Assembly: GCA_034370405.1 (NCBI GenBank)
Contig: JAXMKY010000026.1
Location: 2,740-66,739, forward strand
DNA length: 64,000 nt
Direction of reading: 5' to 3'
From: Bacteroidales bacterium
GTDB taxonomy: Bacteria; Bacteroidota; Bacteroidia; Bacteroidales; JAAYJT01
The notes under the pieces were generated by a model. It saw nothing but the letters and a program-made list of their open reading frames with translations. It searched no databases and was not told the origin of the DNA. Positions 18,673-29,105 of the stretch are shown here, one piece after another. Numbering within the stretch: position 1 is the first letter of the stretch; each line of letters opens with the position of its first letter. Position numbers and translations under genes: made by a program.

Positions 18673-19290
18673 TTAATGTAGTCGCGAACCGATCAGGTGT
18701 ATGAACTCAGCCCTGGTTTTATCAATGGTGAAAGCACCAGAGAAATCGGAGGTGGTAGTAACCGAATTCTGTTTCTGGATGCCGCGCATTGACATGCACA
18801 TATGTTGTGCTTCGATCACGACAGCAACGCCCAAAGGTTTAAGCGTGTTGAAGATACACTCTTTTATTTCGCGTGTGAGCCGCTCCTGCACCTGCAAGCG
18901 GCGGGCAAAAGCATCAACCACACGCGGTATTTTACTGATTCCTACAATGTGCTGGTTAGGAATATAGGCTACATGCGCCTTGCCAAAGAAGGGCAACATA
19001 TGATGTTCGCACAGCGAATAGAGCTCTATGTCTTTTACAAGCACCATTTCCTTGTAGTCTTCGCGAAACATTGCCGACCGGATAATTTCCGCGGGGTCGA
19101 GATCATAGCCGTGTGTTAAGAATTGCATTGCTTTGGCTACCCGTTCGGGTGTTTTTGCCAAGCCTTCGCGATGGGGGTCTTCGCCAACAAGTTTGATTAT
19201 TTCCTGGTAGTGATGCCCGAGTTTACTGATTATTTCGGGGTTGAAGATATCAACCTTTTCGTATCCGTCCATCAGGTTTTCCCTGATCAT
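18673..19290 (-). CDS. folE: GTP cyclohydrolase I
   Basis: [32 protein letters not shown] and [11 protein letters not shown] are present. I chose ATG at 19290; the longest ORF begins with GTG at 19314. Confidence 0.93.
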   Translation of the reverse strand: MIRENLMDGYEKVDIFNPEIISKLGHHYQEIIKLVGEDPHREGLAKTPERVAKAMQFLTHGYDLDPAEIIRSAMFREDYKEMVLVKDIELYSLCEHHMLPFFGKAHVAYIPNQHIVGISKIPRVVDAFARRLQVQERLTREIKECIFNTLKPLGVAVVIEAQHMCMSMRGIQKQNSVTTTSDFSGAFTIDKTRAEFIHLIGSRLH

Positions 19291-19331
19291 TTCTTTCACT
19301 ATTTGTCCCGCCACTGTGCTATTATTAAGAG

Positions 19332-19748
19332 TTAATTATTCCCGTAATATTCAACAAAATTATTTTCGGTCTCGCATACTTTCACACAATGAAGTTGGGC
19401 ACCGATATATTTAATAGCATCTTCAAGCTCTTCCCAAATGGCAATGGCTAGGTTTTCGGTTGAGGCGAGGCGGCCTGCCATGAAATCAACTTCAAGGTTT
19501 ATGTTTCTATGATCCAGTTTTTCAATCACTCGCTCGTTAATTAGTTGGCTGAGGGTTTTGAGGTTCACAAGAAAACCTGTTTCAGGGTTAATATCCCCTT
19601 TTATTGTTACGTAGAGGGTGTAATTATGGCCATGCCAGTTGGGATTTGAGCATTTGCCAAACACTTCAAGGTTTTTAGTATCGTTGTATTCAGGCCGAAA
19701 TAACCGATGTGCAGCATTGAACCGCTCTCGACGAATAATATAGATCAT
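19332..19748 (-). CDS. queD: 6-carboxy-5,6,7,8-tetrahydropterin synthase (PTPS family)
   Basis: FNAAHRL and [11 protein letters not shown] are present. Size is 138 aa, and it is adjacent to folE. Confidence 0.9.
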   Translation of the reverse strand: MIYIIRRERFNAAHRLFRPEYNDTKNLEVFGKCSNPNWHGHNYTLYVTIKGDINPETGFLVNLKTLSQLINERVIEKLDHRNINLEVDFMAGRLASTENLAIAIWEELEDAIKYIGAQLHCVKVCETENNFVEYYGNN

Positions 19749-19788
19749 AAGATGGAACTATTATCGGGTAATGCGCCGAGTAGTTGAT

Positions 19789-20163
19789 TTACTCGGTACT
19801 GCTCTTTATTTCCGGTTTTTTCTCATCTTCCATGCGGCAGGTTCCGCTAAAAAGGGCGCCAGGTTCGATTGCCAGTTTGCCGGTAACAAGTTCTCCTTTC
19901 ACGTTGCTGGTGGCTTTGAGGCTCAGCAATTCGGTAACGTTGATTTTCACCTTTAGGGTTCCTTCCACCTCAGCATTCATGCAGACAATTTCTCCATCAA
20001 CCCTTCCGCTGGATCCAACCACTACTTTTCCCGTTGAATTGATAACGCCTGTTACGATTCCATCAATGCGGATATCGCCATTTGAACTTATATCGCCTTT
20101 GATTGAGGTTCCTTTTCCCAGAAAATTAATTGAGGCGATTTCGGGTGTATCTTTTTTTCCCAT
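19789..20163 (-). CDS. Bactofilin (polymer-forming cytoskeletal protein, DUF583)
   Basis: A repetitive beta-helix pattern is present: IKGDISSNGDIRIDGIVTGVINSTGKVVVGSSGRVDGEIV..VEGTLKVKI. ATG 20163 is supported by a TAnnTTTG box at 20203-20210. The longest ORF uses TTG at 20205, inside that box. Confidence 0.85.
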   Translation of the reverse strand: MGKKDTPEIASINFLGKGTSIKGDISSNGDIRIDGIVTGVINSTGKVVVGSSGRVDGEIVCMNAEVEGTLKVKINVTELLSLKATSNVKGELVTGKLAIEPGALFSGTCRMEDEKKPEIKSSTE

Positions 20164-20202
20164 AATAGAATTGTTATTGAGTGATAGAAGCTGATTTAGC
20201 CA

Positions 20203-20210
20203 CAAATATA
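20203..20210 (-). promoter_or_regulatory. -7 box TATATTTG upstream of bactofilin
   Basis: The plus strand reads caaatata, 40 bp upstream of ATG 20163. Confidence 0.45.
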
Positions 20211-20272
20211 TAACATTTCCGGATAAAATGATTTTCGGGATTAAATAGCGCGAAAAACTATCCTTATCCGAT

Positions 20273-22945
20273 TCACTTTAAATAATGCCTTGAAAAATAT
20301 TTCTTATAGGTTTCAATATTCTTATCGCGATAAAAAACAGGATAATTGTCGGCGCTGATCACAAACGCATGATACTGATCAGGCTTTAAATGCGAGAAAA
20401 CGTATTCGTTTTGGGTAATTGCTGAAAAGTAGGCCATGGCATTGTTTTTTCCGTTGAAATTACTTACCGAGATAACCTGGTTGTCGTTGTCGAGCAGCAC
20501 GGCATTGATTGTCAGGTTGGAAAGTTTGTAGTTGCTACTGTTGAAGTCTGATATCTTTACCCTTGTGGCATCAACATTTACAATAGTGTAATTGACAATG
20601 ACGATAAAAAAATGATTGACCTTGTCATTGGTAGAATAGATCGAGGTTGCAGGGTCCTCTGGTTCTTCGGTGGTTGCAATTGCATCGAAGCCCTCAATGC
20701 CCAAGTGCCCCATTACTTCCTGTGCAAGAGGTACCATATTGCTTGAAGGGAATCTCGAGATTAATCTTCTTAATTCCTGCACCAATGTGTCATTATTATA
20801 CATCTTGCCCATCGAAACCGCCCTGAGATAAGCAAACTTTGGTGTCAGTTCTGAATTTGGGTAGGAAGCCATTGCCTCGTTGCTATATAGAACAACCATA
20901 CGGTGCTGGTTGCTGGTGAAGGCCAGGTAGGTGTCGTTATATAAAGATTTTAGCCGATTTTGTTCGGTTTGCAGGTTGGTATAATAATTTGGGTTGCTTA
21001 AACCAAGAGCATATTCGCTATCAGGATAACGATTGATTATCAAATTCTTATAAAATTCCGCCCTTTCAAATTCAGAAAGAATTGTATAAAGTGTATAGAG
21101 ATGGTAAAAGGCATTCAATTCGTGTTCGTGCTGCGGATACTTTTTAAGGTAGGCTTCAAAGGCGTCGGCCGAGCGAGGATAATTTTTCAATCCGTCCCTG
21201 AAAACATACCCTACCTTATACATTGCATTGGCAATTAATTCGTCGGAGGCTTCAATTTGCTCCGGAGTAAGGGGGATGTTTTGCAGATAGGTTTCCTTTT
21301 TGAGGGGATCGGCAGCAACCTTAGAGCCATCCTTTGATTCGGTGGTATCATTGCTTGCCATCATATCGTCCATAAGGTCGAAATTATAGGTTCGCTTATC
21401 GCTCAGGCGCCAGTTGTCTTCCAATTTACGTTTGCCCCATTTGCGCTGGAACTCGGCAATACCGTATGTGATGGTTTGGGTGTTGTAAAAATACCATTCG
21501 CCACCCGATGTCCTACCTGTAAGGCTCATTGTAGGATCTCGTCCAATGTTCATATATCCTCCCTGAACCAGGCTTTCTTCGGCTTTTCTTTCTTGTTCAA
21601 GCTTGGCTTGCTCAGCCCTGTAATTTTCAATGATTTTGTTAATGATTTTATCTCTTTCGCTGGCCGACATCGCCGCAAGCCGTTGTAAGCTATCCTGTTC
21701 AGCTATGATGTTAAGGTTTTCGACCAACTGGGCAAGGGTATTGGTTCGTAGCTCAACTTCCTTGTAATGAGGGTGCTCACTCGAAAGGGTTTGCAGGGTG
21801 GTATCATAATAAGCATAAGCGTCCGGATAGCGGGGCATCTTAAAATAAAGTTCGGCAAGGGCTTGGGCCGATAAACTTTTCTGTATATCATTCGTTACAC
21901 TTGATGCCACAGATCGGCGTAAGAGCCTGGCCGCCATAGAGTCGTTGTTTTCTCTCATGGCAATTGTTGCAAGGGCATAATAAATCTGATCACGATACTC
22001 CTTATTCTTTGTTTCTTTCAACATTTTGTTCATCTCCCTGACTATGGCACTACTGTTAGCCCGGCTGGCATCATAGCATTGAGCAAGGTTGATACGCGCA
22101 TTGAAAGCAAGTTCGTAGTTAGGTTTACTTTTAATGACCTTGTTATAGTATTGCGTGGCCTGTCCATAGTTGCCTTGCCTCTCATAAATCTGGCCAAGTA
22201 TAAAATGGGTACGGGCAATCATTATTTTGTCCTTGCTTAGCTCGATGGCTTTACGCAGGTGAGGAATGGCTGCATTATGGTTTTGTTGCTCGGCAAAATG
22301 CCAGGCATAAACCATGGGTAATTCTGCAACAACCTCTTCGGGAACTTTCCTTTTTCTTGCCTGCTCCTGAAGGCCATCCAGCAATGTGATTGATTTTTCA
22401 AATTCCCTGAGCCTAATATGTGTTCGGGCAAGCCAAACCTGACCAAAGTAGGAAAAAGGTTGTCGCTCATAGTTACGCATGATAAACTCAAAGGTTTGCT
22501 GCGCATTGATATAGTCTTGCTTATAAAAATAGGCTTTACCAACCAGCAGGTAGCTATCCGGAATCCTTTTCACCCGTTCTTTCCTCGCAAAAACCATAGA
22601 GTGTTTTTGAATGACCTTGGATCCTTTTTCAATGGCGCGGTCCATGTAACTGTTAATAGCCGATGCCTCTTGCCTCGTGCCATAATATTCAATGGGCAAA
22701 ATATCTGTATAATTGGTTTTCGACTTGCTTTTTAACTCTTGCACACCACGCTCAAAACTCTCACTTCCATTCCAATACGTATTGTAATGAGCAACAAGGT
22801 TATGATACGCCCTGCGTGTCAACGTGTTTTTCTTTGTTGAACATGATGATAGCATCAGGGCAAATACTACAACGCCTAATAACAGTCGGTTATTAAAACA
22901 CAAATTAAATTTCAATTTATACAAGATTTTAAAGACGGCAGGCAC
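20273..22945 (-). CDS. sprE: TPR-repeat lipoprotein, SprE/PorW-like (T9SS/gliding-associated)
   Basis: The lipobox is LSSC, followed by STKKNTLTRRAYHNLVAHYNTYWNG..LPIEYYG. I recall this as the SprE/PorW N-terminal signature. Multiple TPR-like helices are present in ~890 aa. The start is GTG. Confidence 0.6.
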   Translation of the reverse strand: MPAVFKILYKLKFNLCFNNRLLLGVVVFALMLSSCSTKKNTLTRRAYHNLVAHYNTYWNGSESFERGVQELKSKSKTNYTDILPIEYYGTRQEASAINSYMDRAIEKGSKVIQKHSMVFARKERVKRIPDSYLLVGKAYFYKQDYINAQQTFEFIMRNYERQPFSYFGQVWLARTHIRLREFEKSITLLDGLQEQARKRKVPEEVVAELPMVYAWHFAEQQNHNAAIPHLRKAIELSKDKIMIARTHFILGQIYERQGNYGQATQYYNKVIKSKPNYELAFNARINLAQCYDASRANSSAIVREMNKMLKETKNKEYRDQIYYALATIAMRENNDSMAARLLRRSVASSVTNDIQKSLSAQALAELYFKMPRYPDAYAYYDTTLQTLSSEHPHYKEVELRTNTLAQLVENLNIIAEQDSLQRLAAMSASERDKIINKIIENYRAEQAKLEQERKAEESLVQGGYMNIGRDPTMSLTGRTSGGEWYFYNTQTITYGIAEFQRKWGKRKLEDNWRLSDKRTYNFDLMDDMMASNDTTESKDGSKVAADPLKKETYLQNIPLTPEQIEASDELIANAMYKVGYVFRDGLKNYPRSADAFEAYLKKYPQHEHELNAFYHLYTLYTILSEFERAEFYKNLIINRYPDSEYALGLSNPNYYTNLQTEQNRLKSLYNDTYLAFTSNQHRMVVLYSNEAMASYPNSELTPKFAYLRAVSMGKMYNNDTLVQELRRLISRFPSSNMVPLAQEVMGHLGIEGFDAIATTEEPEDPATSIYSTNDKVNHFFIVIVNYTIVNVDATRVKISDFNSSNYKLSNLTINAVLLDNDNQVISVSNFNGKNNAMAYFSAITQNEYVFSHLKPDQYHAFVISADNYPVFYRDKNIETYKKYFSRHYLK

Positions 22946-22990
22946 AAAACAATATGCTTCCTTCGTTTATTACAAATAACTCTGGAGCAG

Positions 22991-22998
22991 CAAAATTA
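22991..22998 (-). promoter_or_regulatory. -7 box TAATTTTG upstream of the sprE-like gene
   Basis: The plus strand reads caaaatta, 46 bp upstream of the start at 22945. Confidence 0.4.
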
Positions 22999-23092
22999 TT
23001 TTATTTTCGGTTAACGTAGGTTGATTTGTTCATCCAATTAGCTAAAAGAGTGTTGACGTGGTGTCCAAAATAGGATTTATAAGCTGCGAATG

Positions 23093-23100
23093 TATTTTTG
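23093..23100 (+). promoter_or_regulatory. -7 box TATTTTTG upstream of the M23 peptidase gene
   Basis: Exact match, 40 bp upstream of ATG 23140. Confidence 0.45.
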
Positions 23101-23139
23101 CCGATATTTGCATGCCCAAAAAGATGAACACCTCAGTGT

Positions 23140-24021
23140 ATGAGCAAGGAGCTACAGCCTGCTGAAAAGATTAGAAAAAAAAGATGGTTCAGGCGATTAC
23201 GGAATAAATATCGCCTCATTATCAGTGACGATGAATCACTTGAGCCTAAATTTACTATCAGGCTTTCGAGGATGAATGTTTTTGTTATTACAGCTTCATC
23301 GGCCGTTCTGCTTATCATTCTTACAACCTATCTGATTGCTTTTACTCCGCTCAGGGAATACATTCCGGGATACACGGACATGAATCTGAGCAAAAATCTA
23401 TATGATATGTATCTTCGCGCCGACAGCCTTGAAAGGTTGTTGGTTGCCAACGAGCACTTTATCACAAACCTGAAGTTGATCATTAGCGATGAATCTCCGC
23501 TTGAACTTAATGTCCGGCCAAGCGACACGGTTATACGTAGGTATGATCAAATCACCCTCACCCGCTCAAAGGAAGATTCGGTACTGCGGAAAGAATTTGA
23601 GAATCAATACCGAAGTGGCATATTTCCTATTATTCAATCCTCGGCCCGCGAAGGGATTAACTTTTTCACGCCACTCAAAGGGATTATTACCAACGAATAC
23701 GATCCATCTCAGGGTCATTTTGGTATTGATTTGGTTGCCCCTGAGAATGAGGCGGTGAAAGCAACCCTCGACGGCGTGGTTATATTTGCAAGCTGGACGA
23801 TCGAAACCGGCTATGTGATAGCCCTTCAACATCAACGTAACTTTATTTCCATTTATAAGCACAATGCGGTATTGCTTAAAAAGATAGGCGCTTTTGTGCG
23901 TGCTGGCGATCCAATCGCTATTGTGGGTGAATCCGGAAGGCTTACTACAGGCCCCCACCTTCATTTCGAACTGTGGTATAATGGCAACGCTGTTAATCCT
24001 CGCGATTACATGGCCTTTTAA
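23140..24021 (+). CDS. M23 family metallopeptidase
   Basis: HFGIDLVA...GYVIALQH...GESGRLTTGPHLHFELW is present (HxxxD / HxH motifs), with an N-terminal TM anchor. Confidence 0.92.
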   Translation: MSKELQPAEKIRKKRWFRRLRNKYRLIISDDESLEPKFTIRLSRMNVFVITASSAVLLIILTTYLIAFTPLREYIPGYTDMNLSKNLYDMYLRADSLERLLVANEHFITNLKLIISDESPLELNVRPSDTVIRRYDQITLTRSKEDSVLRKEFENQYRSGIFPIIQSSAREGINFFTPLKGIITNEYDPSQGHFGIDLVAPENEAVKATLDGVVIFASWTIETGYVIALQHQRNFISIYKHNAVLLKKIGAFVRAGDPIAIVGESGRLTTGPHLHFELWYNGNAVNPRDYMAF

Positions 24022-24072
24022 CCTATTAATTTCGAGCAACTTTGTATCAATGCACCTATACCAGCATGTGAA

Positions 24073-25224
24073 ATGAAAAAAAAGATTGCCATTCTTGGCT
24101 CAACAGGATCAATAGGTACCCAGGCGCTTGAGGTAGTGAAACATCATCCGGAAGAATTTGAGGTTGAGGTGCTTACAGCCATGTCGAATGCCAGCCTTCT
24201 TATCAAGCAAGCCATTGAACACCAACCCAATGCGGTTGTAATTGCCAATGAAAATTTTTACCCGATGGTGAAGGAAGCCCTGCAACCATATCCTATTAAA
24301 GTGTTTGCCGGAAATGATTCGCTGTGCCAGGTAGTTGAGATGGAAAGCATTGACCTGGTATTGTCGGCATTGGTAGGATTTTCAGGACTTAAACCAATCA
24401 TACACGCTATCGAAGCAGGTAAGCATATAGCACTGGCGAACAAAGAACCACTGGTTGTTGCCGGTGATCTTGTTATGCGCCTTGCCTCCGAAAAGCAGGT
24501 GTATATACTACCTGTTGATTCGGAGCATTCAGCCATTTTTCAATGCCTTGTGGGCGAAGACTTGAAAGCTGTTGAAAAAATTTACCTTACTGCTTCAGGT
24601 GGACCATTCAGGGGATACACACACCATGAACTCAGCAGGGTGAAGAAGGAAGAAGCCCTCAGGCATCCAAACTGGAAAATGGGCTGCAAGATCACGATTG
24701 ACTCGGCATCGCTGATGAACAAAGGCCTTGAAGTGATCGAAGCCCGTTGGTTGTTCGGGCTCAGGCCTTCGCAGATCGAAGTAATCATTCATCCGCAATC
24801 GGTTGTTCACAGCATGGTTCAGTTCAGCGACGGTTCAATCAAAGCCCAGCTGGGTCTGCCTGACATGCGCCTGCCCATACAATATGCCCTTGCCTGGCCC
24901 CATCGTCTTGCCGCGCAATTTCCGAGAATGAGTTTCGTTGATAACCCGACACTCACATTTGAAAAACCAGACACAGTAGCATTTCACAACTTGGGCCTTG
25001 CTTACCAAGCGCTCCATCATGGTGGGAATATGCCATGCATACTCAATGCCGCTAACGAAGTTGCGGTGGTAGCTTTTTTGGAGGACAATTGCGGTTTTTG
25101 TGAAATGAGTGATCTGATTGAACATTCCATGCAAACATGCAGTTTTGTTTCTGAGCCCACATTGGAGGATTACATTCAAACCGACATTGAAACCAGGCGC
25201 ATAGCTGCAGATTATTTAAAATAA
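24073..25224 (+). CDS. dxr: 1-deoxy-D-xylulose 5-phosphate reductoisomerase
   Basis: ILGSTGSIGTQAL, LANKEPLV, VDSEHSAIFQC and NKGLEVIEA are present. Confidence 0.97.
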   Translation: MKKKIAILGSTGSIGTQALEVVKHHPEEFEVEVLTAMSNASLLIKQAIEHQPNAVVIANENFYPMVKEALQPYPIKVFAGNDSLCQVVEMESIDLVLSALVGFSGLKPIIHAIEAGKHIALANKEPLVVAGDLVMRLASEKQVYILPVDSEHSAIFQCLVGEDLKAVEKIYLTASGGPFRGYTHHELSRVKKEEALRHPNWKMGCKITIDSASLMNKGLEVIEARWLFGLRPSQIEVIIHPQSVVHSMVQFSDGSIKAQLGLPDMRLPIQYALAWPHRLAAQFPRMSFVDNPTLTFEKPDTVAFHNLGLAYQALHHGGNMPCILNAANEVAVVAFLEDNCGFCEMSDLIEHSMQTCSFVSEPTLEDYIQTDIETRRIAADYLK

Positions 25225-25236
25225 ATCTATTAAGAA

Positions 25237-26562
25237 ATGGAAATCCTGATCAAAGCCCTTCAACTCATATTGAGCCTCGCCATCCTTGTTATTTTTCATG
25301 AGCTGGGGCACTTCATCGCTGCCAAGACATTCAAAACGCGAGTCGAAAGTTTCTATCTTTTTTTCAATCCGTGGTTTTCGCTTTTCAAATATAAGCACGG
25401 TGAAACGACCTACGGCATCGGTTGGCTGCCCCTGGGAGGATATGTAAAAATTGCCGGCATGATTGATGAGTCGTTGGATCGCGAGCAGATGGCAAAACCC
25501 CCGCAGCCCTGGGAGTTTAGGTCGAAACCTGCTTGGCAGCGGCTGATAATAATGGTGGGAGGTGTTTCGGTTAACATCCTGTTGGCTTTTGCCATTTATA
25601 TTTCGATGCTTACCGTATGGGGCGAAGAATACCTGCCGGCTTCGGAACTCAAGTATGGGATCACCGTTGACTCGATGGCTTTCGAGATGGGGTTGCGCAA
25701 TGGCGACCACATCATTTCAATTGATGGCAAACCGGTAGAAGATTTTTTCAAGATCCCGTCACAAATAATTCTTAACAATGCCACCACGGTGCAAGTGATT
25801 CGTGATGAGCAACCATTGGAGGTAGTAATTCCAGATGGTTTCGTCACACGGTTGCTCAAGCATCGCTCACCCGAATTTATTGGTGTGCGCACCCCATTCG
25901 AGGTAGCTGGTTTTACTGAAGGTTCGTCTGCACAGAAAGCTGGCCTGCAAACCGGAGATAGAATCATAGGAATCAACCAAATTTATCTGCCTTTTTTTGA
26001 TCAGTTCAAGCGCGAACTGCAACAATATAAAAATCAATCGGTTGATGTGAATTTATCTCGAGGTTCCGACACATTACAACTCACTGTGCTGGTGAGCGAA
26101 GCTGGCACTATTGGTGTTTATCCCATCCAGAATCTGGATCATTATTTTACCGTCAAGTCGAAACAATATAATCTCTTTCAGGCAATTCCTGCCGGTATTG
26201 TAAAGGGCTACCGTGGCATTGGCAACTATCTTAAACAATTACGCATCATTTTTTCACCAAAGACCAAGGCCTATGAGTCGTTAGGAGGTTTTATCACCAT
26301 TGGAAGCATATTTCCCTCATACTGGAATTGGCAAGCATTTTGGGAACTCACTGCTTTCCTTTCGATCATGCTCGCCATCTTAAACATTTTACCCATTCCG
26401 GCACTCGATGGAGGCCATGTTCTGTTTTTGCTATACGAGATCGTTACCCGACGCAAACCTGGCGAAAAGTTTATGGAATATGCGCAGATAACAGGAATGA
26501 TTTTGTTGTTGGCACTGGTCATTTTTGCCAACACCAACGACATCAGAAACTTGTTCAGGTAA
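25237..26562 (+). CDS. rseP: RIP metalloprotease RseP (site-2 protease, M50)
   Basis: HELGHF is in TM1. There is a PDZ region (GLQTGDRIIGIN) and NILPIPALDGGH. The dxr-rseP synteny fits. Confidence 0.95.
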   Translation: MEILIKALQLILSLAILVIFHELGHFIAAKTFKTRVESFYLFFNPWFSLFKYKHGETTYGIGWLPLGGYVKIAGMIDESLDREQMAKPPQPWEFRSKPAWQRLIIMVGGVSVNILLAFAIYISMLTVWGEEYLPASELKYGITVDSMAFEMGLRNGDHIISIDGKPVEDFFKIPSQIILNNATTVQVIRDEQPLEVVIPDGFVTRLLKHRSPEFIGVRTPFEVAGFTEGSSAQKAGLQTGDRIIGINQIYLPFFDQFKRELQQYKNQSVDVNLSRGSDTLQLTVLVSEAGTIGVYPIQNLDHYFTVKSKQYNLFQAIPAGIVKGYRGIGNYLKQLRIIFSPKTKAYESLGGFITIGSIFPSYWNWQAFWELTAFLSIMLAILNILPIPALDGGHVLFLLYEIVTRRKPGEKFMEYAQITGMILLLALVIFANTNDIRNLFR

Positions 26563-26573
26563 GGGGATTTATA

Positions 26574-28526
26574 TTACAATTTAATAAATATGCTACCGTC
26601 TGCCTGGTTCAGTTCTTTGTCTGTCAGCACCCTCATCAGTTGTTTTACTTCCAGGTAAATGCCTTCAGGGTCAAAACCGCATTCGTGGTGAAGCTCTTCG
26701 TTTGTTCCTTGCCCGATGAAACGATCAGGTATTCCCAGGCAGCTCACGGTGGCATGGTAGCGATGCTGGTTCATAAACTCTAGTACGGCGCTGCCCAAAC
26801 CTCCCAACAAGGTGCCGTCCTCAACGGTGATCACTTTATTGAACTTTTTGAAAACCTTGTGTAACAGTTCTTCGTCAATAGGTTTAAGGAACCGTATATC
26901 GAAATGCGCCATGCTGATTTCATCGGCTTCGAGTTGTTGACGGATGGAATTAACAAAGTTGCCAACATGGCCTATGGTGATGATGGCCAGATCGTTGCCC
27001 TCGCATATTTGGCGACCTTTCCCAATCTCAACTAACTTAAAAGGTTTTTGCCAGTCAGTTTCTACGACCCTGCCTTTGGGATAGCGTATCACCAAAGGCC
27101 CTTGGGGGTTGTACTGGGCTGTATACATCATGTTGCGCAACTCTTGTTCATTCATGGGAGCGGCAATCGTAAGCCCGGGAATAGCCCTGAAATAAGCCAG
27201 ATCGTATGCACCATGATGGGTGGCCCCATCTTCACCAACCAACCCCCCGCGATCGAGGCAAAAAATCACAGGCAGTTGTTGCAGGGCTACGTCGTGAATC
27301 ACCTGGTCGTAGGCTCGCTGCATGAAACTGGAATAGATGTTGCAAAATGGAGTTAAACCCGCTGCTGCCATCCCGGCCGAGAAGGTAACGGCGTGTTGCT
27401 CAGCAATACCTACGTCGAATACCCTATGGGGCATTTTGTCAATCATATAGGTTAATGAACACCCTGTGGGCATGGCCGGAGTGATGCCAACAATCTTAGG
27501 ATTCATTTCCGCCAGTTCGAGAATGGTTTTGCCGAAAACTTCCTGGTATTTGGGAGGCTGACTGGGGCACTGCTTCTCGATTATTTCACCTGTATTCCTA
27601 TCGAATTGTCCGGGAGCATGAAAAGTGATTTGATCTTTTTCCGCATGTACATATCCTTTGCCCTTCACAGTGATCACATGAAGGAGTTTGGGGCCGGGAA
27701 TATTTTTCAGATCTCGCAGTAAATGTGTCAATCGAATCACATCGTGCCCGTCAACAGGGCCAAAATAGCGCATGTTGAAGGCTTCGAAAAGATTACTCTC
27801 CCTGAAAATGGTGGTTTTGAAGGCATTACCGATTTGCTTGACAATAGCCCGCGAGTTGCCTCCATACTTTGTGTTTCCTCCCAACAGGTTCCACACCTTA
27901 TCCCTAAAGCGGTTGTAGGCCCTCGAGGTGACAATGTTTGTCAGGTATTCTTTTATGGCACCAACATTTTGGTCAATGGCTATGCCATTGTCATTAAGAA
28001 TAACAAGCACGTTTGATTTAGATACTCCGGTGTTGTTGAGTGCTTCGAGGGCCATACCTCCGGTCATGCTTCCGTCACCGATAATGGCTACGTGATGACG
28101 GTTGTGGTCGTTTTGTAACCCTGCAGCAATGGCCATGCCTAAGGCAGCCGAAATGGAAGTTGAGGAGTGACCTGTTCCAAAAGCATCGTATTCGCTTTCG
28201 CTCATACACGGAAAACCGCTGATTCCTTTATATTTACGGTGAGTGTGAAAAATATCTCTCCGGCCTGTAAGTATTTTGTGTGCATAGGCCTGGTGGCCAA
28301 CATCCCAAATCAAGCGATCGTAAGGAGTATTATATATATAATGAAGTGCAACCGAAAGCTCAACTACGCCAAGGCTGGCACCTAAATGTCCTGGCGAAGA
28401 TGAAACAATATCAATGATGAATTGCCTAAGTTCATCGCAAAGCTGTGGCAGCTTGTCTTCACTCAGTAATCGAAGATCGCCGGGGTAATTTATGTTCGAC
28501 AGAAGACCGGATGCCTGTGTGGCCAT
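26574..28526 (-). CDS. dxs: 1-deoxy-D-xylulose-5-phosphate synthase
   Basis: GHLGASLGVVELSVALH, GHSSTSISAALGMA and IGDGSMTGGMALEALN are present. Size is 650 aa. Confidence 0.97.
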   Translation of the reverse strand: MATQASGLLSNINYPGDLRLLSEDKLPQLCDELRQFIIDIVSSSPGHLGASLGVVELSVALHYIYNTPYDRLIWDVGHQAYAHKILTGRRDIFHTHRKYKGISGFPCMSESEYDAFGTGHSSTSISAALGMAIAAGLQNDHNRHHVAIIGDGSMTGGMALEALNNTGVSKSNVLVILNDNGIAIDQNVGAIKEYLTNIVTSRAYNRFRDKVWNLLGGNTKYGGNSRAIVKQIGNAFKTTIFRESNLFEAFNMRYFGPVDGHDVIRLTHLLRDLKNIPGPKLLHVITVKGKGYVHAEKDQITFHAPGQFDRNTGEIIEKQCPSQPPKYQEVFGKTILELAEMNPKIVGITPAMPTGCSLTYMIDKMPHRVFDVGIAEQHAVTFSAGMAAAGLTPFCNIYSSFMQRAYDQVIHDVALQQLPVIFCLDRGGLVGEDGATHHGAYDLAYFRAIPGLTIAAPMNEQELRNMMYTAQYNPQGPLVIRYPKGRVVETDWQKPFKLVEIGKGRQICEGNDLAIITIGHVGNFVNSIRQQLEADEISMAHFDIRFLKPIDEELLHKVFKKFNKVITVEDGTLLGGLGSAVLEFMNQHRYHATVSCLGIPDRFIGQGTNEELHHECGFDPEGIYLEVKQLMRVLTDKELNQADGSIFIKL

Positions 28527-28562
28527 TTTCTAAAGCCCTTCTATTTATTTGTTTCGGGACGG

Positions 28563-28570
28563 CAAAGGTA
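28563..28570 (-). promoter_or_regulatory. -7 box TACCTTTG upstream of dxs
   Basis: The plus strand reads caaaggta, 37 bp upstream of the start at 28526. Confidence 0.45.
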
Positions 28571-29105
28571 GTACAAATAGGCAAGCAGTGGCAGGGTTTG
28601 TCTTGCCAGATAAGAGGCAATTCTATTCGTTGATTATATTATGAATTGATATATAACCCTCGCCCGGAATTTTGTTGGCATCCATTACCGTATGAAACGT
28701 GTTTGGTTCAAATGAAAAGAACAAAACCCGCCTTAAGGATATAAGAACCTAATACTATGAGGCTGTTACTAATCACCCATTTACGGGTGAATGATTTTTC
28801 TACTGCTAAAAATGCCATTGATTACTTTTTTAGGTGCTTTTATAAAAAAGGAGTTCAAAATTAATGGTTTTAAGCCCTAAAACTGACCTGTTAATATACT
28901 AAAACCAACTAAACGCTGTTATCCTACACTTAATAAATATCATCGCGACAGCGATCAGGGAGTGAATCGAGCTGAAAAGTTCGTAATATTGCACGGTTTT
29001 TGATTTTTTGCTTGCAGTTACTTTATTAACATTTTCAAGGTTGTTTGAACATCAACAAATTAAAAACAGGCGGCCACAAGATTGATGTTGTTTAACATTT
29101 TTAGG

